Positions 49,020-60,761 of a DNA stretch of 64,000 nt are shown in pieces. Every line of letters starts with the position of its first letter. The first letter of the stretch is position 1. The position numbers and the translations under genes were made by a program. The notes beneath the pieces are model-generated. The model had not been told where the DNA came from, did not search any database, and saw nothing but the letters and a program-made list of their open reading frames with translations. Source of the DNA: an uncultured bacterium. Its GTDB lineage: Bacteria > Verrucomicrobiota > Verrucomicrobiia > Limisphaerales > UBA8199. The stretch spans positions 352,001 to 416,000 of the forward strand of contig CAVVMW010000022.1 in the NCBI GenBank assembly GCA_963749495.1. Reading direction: 5' to 3'.

Positions 49020-49456
49020 AGCCGCAAAACACCTTTGCGCAAGCTGCGCCGGCCGCGCACCTGCTCAAAGAATGCGAGTGCCTCGTCGTATTCCACAGTG
49101 TCTTCACGTACCGCTACCATATCAAATCCGTACCGCCTTTGCACGCTCCTTTTCGACACCAGACTGTACTGCGCCGGGGCCAGGTCGGCCCTCAAGTCGT
49201 GCCCAAGCGGGAGGACGAGCACAAGATCGATGTCGTTTGGGTCGGGCTTCATGGTGACGAAGCTGCCATCAACCAACAGGCAGCGTGCGAAGCGCGTCGC
49301 CCGCACCTCTCCAAACAAGGCCTCGAGCTTTTGGAATAGTCTCGGGCGCCGATCGGTTACTTGGAAGGAGCCGAACCTGGTCTTGATCTCGTCTATCGTG
49401 CAATCATGCACGCCGACTGGGAGCAATCCGTGGTCGTCCAGCGCGGGAATAGGCAT
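49010..49456 (-). CDS. DUF6932-like nucleotidyltransferase-fold protein
   Basis: GLLPVGVH...VDGSFVT.K..PNDIDLV (GS..DxD). Confidence 0.75.
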   Translation of the reverse strand: MPIPALDDHGLLPVGVHDCTIDEIKTRFGSFQVTDRRPRLFQKLEALFGEVRATRFARCLLVDGSFVTMKPDPNDIDLVLVLPLGHDLRADLAPAQYSLVSKRSVQRRYGFDMVAVREDTVEYDEALAFFEQVRGRRSLRKGVLRLWL

Positions 49457-49633
49457 GGCTCACGGTAGTGGCGGGGCCAAGAGAGCGAAAGCCATTTTTA
49501 AGGGACGAAAGGGACGAAAGCGACCAGGGAATGCCGGTCGGCGGTTCCTCTTCGGCGTCTCCTGCGTATTGTGGGGGCGGCGTTTCGCCAGAATTGGCTT
49601 TACCCGGTTCTGGATTCTTTCACAATCCGGTGC

Positions 49634-50449
49634 ATGAAACCTGGCGAATTGTTTGATCTTTCGGGCGAGGTTGCGGTGGTCATTGGCGCCACAGGCTCCC
49701 TGGGCGGGGCGATTGCCGACGGCCTCGGCGAGGCTGGGGCAAAGGTAGCTGTGCTCGGCCGCAATGCCGAGCGCGGCCAAGAGCGCGTCAGAAGCATCCG
49801 CGCCAAGGGCGGGCAGGGGGAGTTCTTCGCGGCGGATGCCGTGCAAAGAGAGAGCCTGCGCGCCGCGCGGCAGGCTGTCGAGAAGTCGCTCGGGCCTCCG
49901 GGGATTCTTGTCAACGCCGCCGGCGGCAACGACCCGAAGGTGACCGTGACGGCGGAGCGGGCCTTCGAGCAGATTGCCCTGGGCGATTGGCAGGCGAACT
50001 TCGAGTTGAACCTGGTTGGGGGCGTGCTGCTGCCGTGCCAGGAGTTTGGCCCGGGCATGTTGGCACGCGGCCGCGGGAGCATCATCAACATCGCCAGCGT
50101 CACCGCGCACCTCCCGCTCTCGCGCGTGGTGGCTTACTCCGCCTCGAAAGCCGCCGTGCTCAACCTGACCCGGTTCCTGGGCCGCGAATGGGCGCCCAAA
50201 GGCGTGCGCGTCAACTCCATCACCCCCGGCTTTTTCCCCGCCGAGCAGAACCGCAAGCTGTTGTTCAACGACAACGGCTCGCCCAGCGCCCGCACCAAGG
50301 CCATCTGGGGCCACACCCCCATGGGCCGCTTCGGCGACCCCCGCGAGTTGATCGGCGCCGCCCTGTTCCTGGCCAGCCACAAGGCCAGCAGCTTCGTCAC
50401 CGGCGCCGACCTCTGCGTGGACGGCGGCTTTCTGGCACAGACCATTTAG
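49634..50449 (+). CDS. SDR oxidoreductase (mannonate/gluconate dehydrogenase-like)
   Basis: GATGSLG, VNAAGGN, YSASK, PGFFPAEQN and TPMGRFG motifs. Confidence 0.9.
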   Translation: MKPGELFDLSGEVAVVIGATGSLGGAIADGLGEAGAKVAVLGRNAERGQERVRSIRAKGGQGEFFAADAVQRESLRAARQAVEKSLGPPGILVNAAGGNDPKVTVTAERAFEQIALGDWQANFELNLVGGVLLPCQEFGPGMLARGRGSIINIASVTAHLPLSRVVAYSASKAAVLNLTRFLGREWAPKGVRVNSITPGFFPAEQNRKLLFNDNGSPSARTKAIWGHTPMGRFGDPRELIGAALFLASHKASSFVTGADLCVDGGFLAQTI

Positions 50450-50620
50450 ATGGGCGGGGCAATGGGTATGTCCATGAACAATTAATGTCCGAGGCATCCA
50501 GTGAACTTCAGGCTCGGCCCGAAGGGCCGACAGAATCCAGCCCAGGGCTGAGGCCGCTAGGCCGATGCCCTGGGGAACGGCGCCTTTTCAACCCGGCGCG
50601 CCCTGAAGGGGGAATGGCAC

Positions 50621-50971
50621 TTACTTAGTGCCTAAAACTTTGGCGCTTAGGCGCTTGCGTCGATGGGGATGAGGTGCCCTCTGGAAGATAATCTTGCGGG
50701 ACAGCCGCTCCATGTCACGCAACAGCCCCCGCACCTGTCGGTAGTGGTTAACCGCTTGGCGCATCTGCTCGAACTCCTCCTGGGTTAGTGAGACGGTGAT
50801 CGTCTTCTGCGCGACTTTGCGCGTCCACTGGTAACCGGCACCTCCGCCCGAGCGCCGCGTGCGGTCCTGCACCGAGCCCTGGCTGAGGTAGCCTATTTGG
50901 CTCAAACGGCGTCGCAATTGCTCGTATTGCCGGTCCCAGGAGGCGGTGCCCTCATACAGATTTTTGTTCAT
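50621..50971 (-). CDS. DUF6788-like accessory protein within the IS4 element
   Basis: GSVQ...YQWTRKV..KTITVSL...; divergent from the transposase and inside the TIRs. Confidence 0.75.
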   Translation of the reverse strand: MNKNLYEGTASWDRQYEQLRRRLSQIGYLSQGSVQDRTRRSGGGAGYQWTRKVAQKTITVSLTQEEFEQMRQAVNHYRQVRGLLRDMERLSRKIIFQRAPHPHRRKRLSAKVLGTK

Positions 50972-51003
50972 CGGCCTCAATTTTAGCTTGCCGGTCAAGC
51001 ATA

Positions 51004-51023
51004 GTCCAGTATATATACTGGAC
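51004..51023. promoter_or_regulatory. Perfect 20-bp palindrome between the divergent IS genes
   Basis: GTCCAGTATATATACTGGAC, abutting the transposase ATG. Confidence 0.6.
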
Positions 51024-52490
51024 ATGCACACGCCCTTTTTCCCACCCTGGCGCTCTCGCCTGGCCCGCTTGGGTTCCCGCACCGCCCACGCCTGCCGCCA
51101 GGTCCGCGCCTATACCCTCTGCCAACTGGAAAAGTGCTTCTCCTCCTCGGTACCCCAGGAGTGCTTTCCCAAGGCCAAGGCCTCCGCCCACAAAAACTGC
51201 CGCGACCGCGACTACACCCGCTGGCGCACCTTCTGGTGCATGGTCTGGCAAGCCCTCAACCCCGACGCCTCCGGGCGCGAGGTCGTGCGCCAACTCCAGG
51301 CCCTCTTCCTCTTGGAAGACGGCCCCCAGATCTCCCCCGAGGACGGCGCCTACTGCCGCGCCAAGGCCCGCCTGCCGCTCAGGCAATTCCCCAAGGTTTT
51401 GGCCGCCACCGCCCGGGCCGCCGACAAGCAAGTCCCGGCCCTGACTCAACTCCAAGGCCGGCCCCTCAAGGCCGCCGACGGCTCGGCCCTCACGCTGGCC
51501 GACACGCGCAAAAACCGAAGGGCGTATCCCCCTCTGCAGTGCGCCGACAAACCCAGCTTCCCCAAGATGCGCATCGTCGTGCTCTTTTCCATGCTCAGCG
51601 GCGCGATCCTGGCCATGGCCCAAGGCAGCTTGGCGCTCTCCGAACTGTCGTTGTTGACGCTGCTCAGCAGCCAATTGGTGGCCGGGGATATCCTGGTGGC
51701 AGACCGCGGCTTCGGTTTTTACGCGGTCCTCGCCTGGCTCAAGCACCTTCTGAACGTGGACTTCATCGGGCGGTCCACGCGCCGGCTCGATGGGCGAAGG
51801 CGCCTCCGCCGCTTGGGCAGAAACGACTGGCTCTTCGTGTGGGGAAAACCCCAGCGCCGGGCTCCCTGGCTGACGCTGCTCCAATGGATTGGCTTGCCCA
51901 GCCAGTTGACGGTGCGCGTGGTCAAGGGCAGTTGCTATCAGAAAGGCTTCCGCGTACGCCAGGTCAAACTGGTGACCACGCTCTTGGACCCAGAACTCTA
52001 CCCCGCCGAACAGATCCTCCGCGCTTACTTGCGGCGGTGGCGCCTGGAGATGTGCCTGGATGACCTGAAAACCACTCTGGAAATGGAGACCCTCCGCGGG
52101 CGCAGCCCGAACATGGTTCGCAAAGAGGCCTACACGCGCCTCATCGCCCACAATCTCATCCGTGGCACCATGGCTCAGGCCGCCACCGAACATGAGGTGC
52201 CCCTGGAGCGCATCAGCTTCAAAGGCTCGCTGGACGCAATCCGGCACTTTACCCAGGCCATGGCCCAAGCCCGCTCCAAAAAGAAACGCCGCCAACTGTG
52301 GTCCGATCTGCTCGAAACGCTAGCCGCCGATTTGGTCCCCGAGCGGCCAAACCGACGCGAGCCGCGCGCCGTCAAACGCAAGAAAAACAAATACCCGCGG
52401 CTCAACGCACCCCGCCGCAGGTTCCGCGATCATCTCAAACGTCACACGCGCCGCACCAGGGCCCGTTTGCGCAAGCTCGGTCTTATGTAA
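51024..52490 (+). CDS. IS4-family transposase
   Basis: AADGS, VADRGF and Y..RW..E...DLK (YREK-like) motifs; intact, 488 aa. Confidence 0.93.
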   Translation: MHTPFFPPWRSRLARLGSRTAHACRQVRAYTLCQLEKCFSSSVPQECFPKAKASAHKNCRDRDYTRWRTFWCMVWQALNPDASGREVVRQLQALFLLEDGPQISPEDGAYCRAKARLPLRQFPKVLAATARAADKQVPALTQLQGRPLKAADGSALTLADTRKNRRAYPPLQCADKPSFPKMRIVVLFSMLSGAILAMAQGSLALSELSLLTLLSSQLVAGDILVADRGFGFYAVLAWLKHLLNVDFIGRSTRRLDGRRRLRRLGRNDWLFVWGKPQRRAPWLTLLQWIGLPSQLTVRVVKGSCYQKGFRVRQVKLVTTLLDPELYPAEQILRAYLRRWRLEMCLDDLKTTLEMETLRGRSPNMVRKEAYTRLIAHNLIRGTMAQAATEHEVPLERISFKGSLDAIRHFTQAMAQARSKKKRRQLWSDLLETLAADLVPERPNRREPRAVKRKKNKYPRLNAPRRRFRDHLKRHTRRTRARLRKLGLM

Positions 52491-52620
52491 GCGCCATTCC
52501 CCTGAAGGGGCGCCACACGCTGGAGGATGTGGAGCTCTGGCGCCCCTTCAGGGCGCAAGGCCCCCCTCTGGGCCGGAACCCAGGGCATCGGCCTGGCGGC
52601 CTCAGCCCTGGGCTAGGTTC

Positions 52621-54289
52621 TTGCGGCTCGTTGAGCCGCCACGGCTCCTTGCTGCCTCATTGCAGTGCCTGCCTTTGCTGCTTATGGCTCAGACCAAATC
52701 ACCCGATTATTCCGCCATTGGCCGCCCGCTCGAGCAGGCGGTACACGAAGAGATGGCCGCCTGGGGCATTACGGGCATCGCCATTGCGCTGGTCGATGGG
52801 CAGCAGACGGTCTATGCGGCCGGCTTCGGCGAAGCCAGGCGCGAGAGCGTCTTCCGTTGCGGCTCGATCTCGAAGCTCTTCAATGCCGTGGCCGTAATGC
52901 AACTGGTCGAGGTGGGCAAGCTCGACCTGGATGCGCCCTTGGAGCGTTACGGACCCGAGCTATTGCCGGTCAATCCCTTTGCCATCGCAACCCCGGTGAC
53001 GCTTCGCCAGCTTCTGTGCCATCGGTCCGGCATGATCCGCGAGGCACCCGTGGGGGGATACTTCGACAACTCCCAACCCGGCCTGGCCCGCACGATTGAG
53101 AGCATCTCACAGGCTGTCCTGGTCAACCTGCCCGACTCCAAGACGCGCTATTCCAATGTTGGACCCAGCCTGGCCGGGCGCATTGTCGAGCGGGTTGCCG
53201 CCGCCGGCTTCGAGCAGTACCAAAGCGAGCACGTCCTGGGCCCATTGGGCATGACCAACTCGGCCTGGCGCCTCGATGAGGTGCCGCGCGGACGGCTCAT
53301 CGCCTCGTATATGCGCGTGGCCCAGGCCCAGGGAGGTTTCAGGCGCCGCAGGGCGCCGGTGTTCGATCTGGGCACGGTGCCGGCCGGCAATCTCTTCACC
53401 ACGGCGGAGGACCTCGCGCGCTTTGTGGCCATGCTGGCTGCCGGCGGCCAGACCTCGCGCGGCCGCGTCCTCCAAGCCCGGTCGCTGGCCCAAATGTTCA
53501 CGCCCCAGTTGAGCACAGAGCCCGGCAGTTGCGGGCTGGGCTTCGCCCTGGGCAAGTTCCGCCAGCACAAGATGGTCAACCACAACGGCGCGGTCTATGG
53601 CCATTCCGCCTCGCTTCTCTTCCTGCCGGACACGGAGCTGGGCGTGGTGGTGCTCGGCAACGAGGACATCGCCAACGCCCGCATCCAGAAACTGGCCAAC
53701 CACGCCCTGTCTCTCATGCTCGAGGCCAAGTGCGGCGAAAAACCGCCCGCCGCTCCCGTGCCCCTCAAGCTCTCCGCGGACATCCTGGCCCGGTTTTGCG
53801 GCGACTACGAATCCCAGAGCTTCTGGGCAACATTGAAAATCGAGGATGGGCGCCTGGCCGCCAACCTCTCCGGCCAGCCCACGAAACTGACGCCCGTCGA
53901 GCCGTTCCGGTTCCTGGCGGACAGCCGCGTCAACGACGCGGTGCCGGTGGACTTCGAGCACAACGCCGCCGGCCAAGTGACTGGCTTCAACATGGGCCTG
54001 CAGAAATTTGCGCGTGTGCCCGCGGGCGCGCCCCAGCTTCCGGCCTCGTGGCGCGCTTACCTGGGCAGCTATGGGCCCGACTTCATCCCGCTGGTCGTGA
54101 GCGCCCGCCACGGCCACCTCTACGCCATGACCGAGAACCTCGCCGACTACCGCCTCACGCCCCTCAACCGCCACGTCTTCTCCTTCCCCCTGGGCCTCTA
54201 CACCGACGAGTACCCTTGTCTTCCTTACCGACCGCCGCGGCAAGGCCCGCGCGGTGGACATGGCCAATATGATCCTCGAACGGAGGTGA
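52621..54289 (+). CDS. Serine hydrolase, beta-lactamase/AmpC family (frameshift at about 54214; start uncertain)
   Basis: SISK, LLCHRSG, YSN and HNG motifs. Confidence 0.85.
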
Positions 54290-54307
54290 AGAGCTGTCGT
54301 GAAAGGT

Positions 54308-54432
54308 AAAACGTGAAACGTGAAACGTGAATGCCGAATGACGAATGACGAATGACGAATGACGACACGGCACATGGCTCCGCCGTTTTTGCCATTCGTC
54401 ATTCGTCATTCGGCATTCGGCATTCGGCATTC
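54308..54432. repeat. Mixed heptamer arrays (AAACGTG, AATGCCG, AATGACG) with inverted partners
   Basis: Seen directly. Confidence 0.9.
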
Positions 54433-54485
54433 AGGCTTCCGCTGTGCATCCGACTGAAAAGTGGTATCAGAGACGCCCTCGTAGC

Positions 54486-56501
54486 ATGACGAACGACCGA
54501 TCCAGGAGTGCCTTGAGCCCTGAGAGCGAGGCAGTCCCCTCCTGGTCGCGGCGGTTCCTGCCGCGCATTGGGTCGCCGGCTTACCATCTCCTGCTGGCCA
54601 GCGCGGCTATTCTCGTCCTGGGCCCTCTAGGCGGGATCTCGGCGGCGTTCATGAACTTTTCGATCGGGTTCTTCCTGGGCGGCCAGGTCCTGGCAGGCAT
54701 CCTGGGCAGCGCCGTCACGCTGTCCTATGGTCCGGAGGGCAAGCACGGGGCCAACTACATCCAGACCATGGCGGCCTCGGTGGCCGGGATGTGCGGGATG
54801 TCCTCGCTGGTCCAGGCCATGGTCTGGCTGGGCCTGCCCCGGCCGCCGGAGTGGCAGCTCATCCTGTATTTCCTGTGCATCGGCATGTTCGGGGTGGGGG
54901 TGGGCATGCTCTACACGCCGATCGTGGTGGACCGCCTGCAATTGACCTACCCCTCCGGCCTGGCGGTCGCCAACATCCTGCGCGCCCTGACCGACCGCGT
55001 CTTGCTTCGGCGCTCGATTGCGCGGCTGGGCGGCAGCGTGGCGGCCAGCTACGCCCTGGCCCTGGTGTCGCCCGCAATCCCCGCCCTCGGTGCGCTGGGG
55101 CTCTCGACCTCGACGTTCGGCGGGGGCCTGATTGTCGGCGCGCGCATAGCCATCCCAGCCCTGGTGGTCGCCCTCATCGGCCGCTGGCAGACGCCGCACC
55201 TGGTGAGCATCGGCTGGCTTGGGCCGAACGATTCCTACCGCAAGATCGGCTTCATCATATCGCTCGGGGGCATCCTCGGCGCTGCCATCCTCGATCTGGG
55301 CTTGATCCTGGTGCAGACCATCCGGCGGCTGCGGGCGCGCGGCGTGGTTTTGCCCCAACGGAGGTTGAGTGGCCTTTCCGACCTTTGTCGAAACCTTTGT
55401 CGAAAACTCTGTCGAAAACTGGCCAGATTCGACAAAGGTCGCGACAAAGGCTGCGACAAAGGTTCCGAAGAAGATACCAAGGTCGGCCGAGCCCCGGTGC
55501 AGTCCCCCGCCGCCCCGGTCCCACCCATACCCGCCCGGTCCAACGAGGACTGGAAGCGGGTCAACCTGTTGCGCCTGGTGCTCTGGATTGTTTTCTGGGC
55601 CGCCGGCATTGTCTGGACGGGAAACCGGCTGCTGCACCAACCGCTCTCCTATCTCCTTATCGCCGTGTGCCTCTGTTTTCTCTTTGTCCTCATCAACGGC
55701 ATTGCGTTGGGGATCTCGGACTTCAACCCGATCTCGAGCGCCTTCGTGATGACGGTTTTCATCCTGGCGTCCCTGGGATTGCGCGACGCGGGCGTGGGCC
55801 TGCTCTGCGCCTCGGTCCTCGCGATTGCCACCAGCGAGGGCGGCGACATGCAGCAGGACCGCTCGACGGGTTGGCGCCTTGGCACCAACCGGGTGGTGCA
55901 GTTCCGCTACCAGGTCATCGGCATCGCCGCCGGGGCCGTCCTGTCGGTGGCGCTGGCGGACCTCTTCATGCAGGCCAACCCGATCCTCAAGGAGGACCAA
56001 TTTGCCCATCCGCACCTCAAGGGGGCTGAAAAGTGGCAATCGGCTTATACCTACAAGATGGTCGGCGCGCTCCGGGGCATTACTGCCCACCAGCCGCAGG
56101 TGATGAAGGCCCTGGTGCTCGGACTTGCCTTGGGCCTGTGCATCGAATCGGCGCGCAAGCTCATCAAGGGCCGCCGGCGCTACCAGGACTTCACCGCCCG
56201 CTGCCGGAGCGGCCGCGCACTGGGTTTCGCCCTGGACGCGCTCGTGCTGCCCAGTCCCTATGCTTACGCCTTTGGCGGCTTTGTCGAGTTCATCACGGTC
56301 CTCTGGTGGGCGGCAGGCGGGGTCGCCGCCGCCGGGGTCGATGCGCTCCGGTCCAGGCTCCGCTCCGCGCGCCAGCGGCCGGCCGAGGGCGAGTTGCCCG
56401 CAGACATGAGCACCACCTCATTGGTCGGCGGCGGGTTCATCGCCGGCGACGCCCTGGCCTCCGTGAGCGTGGCGATTTGCAGGCTGCTGTGGGGCGGGTG
56501 A
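54486..56501 (+). CDS. OPT-family oligopeptide transporter
   Basis: NYIQTMAAS, LTYPSGLAVA, ISDFNPIS and DMQQDRSTGWRLG motifs; many TM segments. Confidence 0.85.
   Translation: MTNDRSRSALSPESEAVPSWSRRFLPRIGSPAYHLLLASAAILVLGPLGGISAAFMNFSIGFFLGGQVLAGILGSAVTLSYGPEGKHGANYIQTMAASVAGMCGMSSLVQAMVWLGLPRPPEWQLILYFLCIGMFGVGVGMLYTPIVVDRLQLTYPSGLAVANILRALTDRVLLRRSIARLGGSVAASYALALVSPAIPALGALGLSTSTFGGGLIVGARIAIPALVVALIGRWQTPHLVSIGWLGPNDSYRKIGFIISLGGILGAAILDLGLILVQTIRRLRARGVVLPQRRLSGLSDLCRNLCRKLCRKLARFDKGRDKGCDKGSEEDTKVGRAPVQSPAAPVPPIPARSNEDWKRVNLLRLVLWIVFWAAGIVWTGNRLLHQPLSYLLIAVCLCFLFVLINGIALGISDFNPISSAFVMTVFILASLGLRDAGVGLLCASVLAIATSEGGDMQQDRSTGWRLGTNRVVQFRYQVIGIAAGAVLSVALADLFMQANPILKEDQFAHPHLKGAEKWQSAYTYKMVGALRGITAHQPQVMKALVLGLALGLCIESARKLIKGRRRYQDFTARCRSGRALGFALDALVLPSPYAYAFGGFVEFITVLWWAAGGVAAAGVDALRSRLRSARQRPAEGELPADMSTTSLVGGGFIAGDALASVSVAICRLLWGG
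55380..55464. repeat. 12-mer palindromic element inserted in frame in the OPT gene
   Basis: Same family as 1753-1824; encodes DLCRNLCRKLCRKLARFDKGRDKGCDKG. Confidence 0.9.
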
Positions 56502-56577
56502 GCGCCGCACTGCGGTGCAAGGCAGCCTGGCATCGAGAAAACCTGGAGTGTGGGAGCGTCAGAGAGTGGAAAAGTGC

Positions 56578-57032
56578 TGAAATTGAAAATTGAAAATTGA
56601 AAATTGAAAATTGGACATTGCGGCCGGAGCAGGCCCTAACCCGGGGCGGACTCGGAGGGGGTTCTTCAATGACCAATTTGCAATTTGCAATTTGCAATTT
56701 GCAGTTCGTCCTAAAACACGATTGGGAGCCATGTTCCAAGCTCACCCGCGTCGCGTAGCGACGCCTGAAAACAGGACTGGATTTGCCAGCGTGAAGCTGC
56801 CAGGCGTCGCTACGCGACGCGGCACCGCGTAGCGGTGCGTGACGGTAGCCGTGGACTTCAGTCCACGGACCCACGGCGCAAGCGTGCCCGCGTCGCGTAG
56901 CGACGCCTGACAACCGGATGAGGCCGCCGGCTCCAGGCTGTCAGGCGTCGCTACGCGACGCGCGAGCATTCCCACGCCCAACCCCGTGGACCGAGGTCCA
57001 CGGCTACCGTCACTGCGTCGCTCCGCGACGCC
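56578..57032. repeat. Heptamer arrays (AAATTGA; CAATTTG) followed by a GTAG REP cluster
   Basis: Seen directly. Confidence 0.88.
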
Positions 57033-57086
57033 GGGGTTCCAACGTTTCCTTGTAACTCTCCCGTTCGATGGCCTAAGTTCTCCCCG

Positions 57087-58394
57087 ATGCACGAGACCCT
57101 AGCACAAACGGCCGGGAGTGGCGCGGGCCTGGCCCCGGCCCAGGTGGAGGAGGTCGTCTGCCGCGCCTGCCGGGCGGAGGATTACCGCGGCAAACGCGTG
57201 CTGCTCATCGTGCCGGACGGCACGCGCACCGCCCCCGTCGGCATGCTGTTCCGGGCACTGCACCGCCAGATTGGAGAAGCGACCGGGGCCTTCGATGTTA
57301 TCGTCGCCCTGGGCACGCACCAGCCAATGAGCGAGCAGGGGATATGCCGGCGCCTGGAGATCACCGAGGAGGAGCGACGCCGGGCCTTTGGCCGCATCCG
57401 CTTCTTCAACCATGCCTGGGACAACCCGCGCGCCTTGAAGCAGATCGGGATGCTCGAGGCCGGGGAGGTCAGCCGGCTTACCGAGGGCCTTTTCGCGATG
57501 GACGTGCCGGTCGAGGTGAACCGCTCGCTCTATGACTATGACCAGGTCATCATCGCGGGGCCGGTCTTTCCGCACGAGGTGGTCGGGTTCTCTGGCGGGA
57601 ACAAGTACCTGTTTCCCGGTGTTGCGGGGCCGCGGGTCCTGAACTTCTTCCACTGGTTGGGCGCCGTGATTACCAATCCGATGATCATCGGCAACAAATG
57701 GACCCCGGTGCGGCGGGTGGTGGATAGCGCCGGGGCGATGGTCAAGGTGGACAAGCTCTGTTTTTGCATGGTCGTGACACCCCAGAACAAACTGGCCGGG
57801 CTCTTCGCCGGGACGCCCGAGGCCGCTTGGGACCAGGCCAGCGACCTCTCGCGCCAGGTCCATATCGTCTATAAAGACAGGCTGTTCCACACGATCCTCT
57901 CCTGCGCCCCGCCCATGTATGACGAACTCTGGACTGCCGGCAAGTGCATGTACAAGCTCGAACCGGTCCTGGCCGACGGCGGGGAACTGATCATCTACGC
58001 CCCCCACCTGCGCGAGGTCTGCGTCAGCCACGGCGCCGCTATCGAGGCCGTCGGTTACCACTGCCGCGACTACTTCCTCAAACAATGGGACCGGTTCAAG
58101 CACCTGCCCTGGAGCGCGCTGGCCCACTCGACCCACGTGCGCGGCATCGGGACCTTCGAGAACGGGGTCGAGAAATGCCGCGCCAAGGTCACCCTGGCCA
58201 CCGCGATTGGCCCAGAGCACTGCGCCCGGCTCAACCTCGGCTACCGCGACCCCAAGAGCATCCGCCCGCAGGACTTTGCCGGCCGCGAAGACCAAGGCAT
58301 CCTCCTGGTGCCCAAGGCGGGCGAGTTGCTCTTCCGGCTGAGAGGCAGCGGCGGAATTAACCGCAAAGAACGCAGAGAACACAAAGAGCCTTGA
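57087..58394 (+). CDS. LarA-like (lactate racemase superfamily) protein
   Basis: IVPDGTR, VALGTH and PHEVVGFSGGNK motifs. Confidence 0.85.
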   Translation: MHETLAQTAGSGAGLAPAQVEEVVCRACRAEDYRGKRVLLIVPDGTRTAPVGMLFRALHRQIGEATGAFDVIVALGTHQPMSEQGICRRLEITEEERRRAFGRIRFFNHAWDNPRALKQIGMLEAGEVSRLTEGLFAMDVPVEVNRSLYDYDQVIIAGPVFPHEVVGFSGGNKYLFPGVAGPRVLNFFHWLGAVITNPMIIGNKWTPVRRVVDSAGAMVKVDKLCFCMVVTPQNKLAGLFAGTPEAAWDQASDLSRQVHIVYKDRLFHTILSCAPPMYDELWTAGKCMYKLEPVLADGGELIIYAPHLREVCVSHGAAIEAVGYHCRDYFLKQWDRFKHLPWSALAHSTHVRGIGTFENGVEKCRAKVTLATAIGPEHCARLNLGYRDPKSIRPQDFAGREDQGILLVPKAGELLFRLRGSGGINRKERREHKEP

Positions 58395-58558
58395 ATGAAG
58401 GCGTTTCTTTGCGATCTCTGCGTTCTTTGCGGTTAATTCCGCAGGCGCCTCTTGAGAATTCTCTTTGAAATTCACGCGATCCCCGGCAACATTGACTTTC
58501 CTTTTGGATTCCGGGCCGGGGTTTTGGCGCCTGGCTGCCGGATGCCGGAAGCAGCGAC

Positions 58559-60358
<1,800 letters not shown>

Positions 60359-60761
60359 AGGAGGGACAAAAGGGACGAAAGGGACACAAGGGACAGAAGG
60401 AACGCGGCGGCATTGACCCGCCGGCAGGGCGGCAGATGAGAATCGGTTTTTAGGGGCAGTTCTGTCTTGCGCTGCCCGGGCGCATCTCGGCTTTGTCGGC
60501 CTTGCTCAAGCCAGGCAATTGGAGCGTGGCATCGGCAAGCCCGCAAGGTTTTGGACTGCGGCAGTCCTCTGCCGCTTTTCGGACCCTGGGGACGCGAAAG
60601 CGCCAGGGGACTGGCGCAGTCCAAAACGCTTCGCGACTTCGGACGCGCACTCCAATCGCCCGGTTCGGCCGGGCCCGACAAAGATGAGATGCGCCCGCGC
60701 CGCCCATGCGCAGACCAAATTGTTTTACGCGGGCGCCGTCCTCTGCTACGTTGCCCGGACT

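Larger units (their letters stand above)
50612..52499 (+). mobile_element. IS4-family insertion sequence inserted in a REP
   Basis: TIRs GAATGGC(A/G)CTTAC and a perfect 11-bp target duplication CCCTGAAGGGG (50601-50611, 52500-52510). Confidence 0.95.

Noticed and set aside
51004..51023. LexA SOS box
   Set aside because: The arms are CAGT/ACTG, not CTGT-N8-ACAG; kept only as a generic palindrome.
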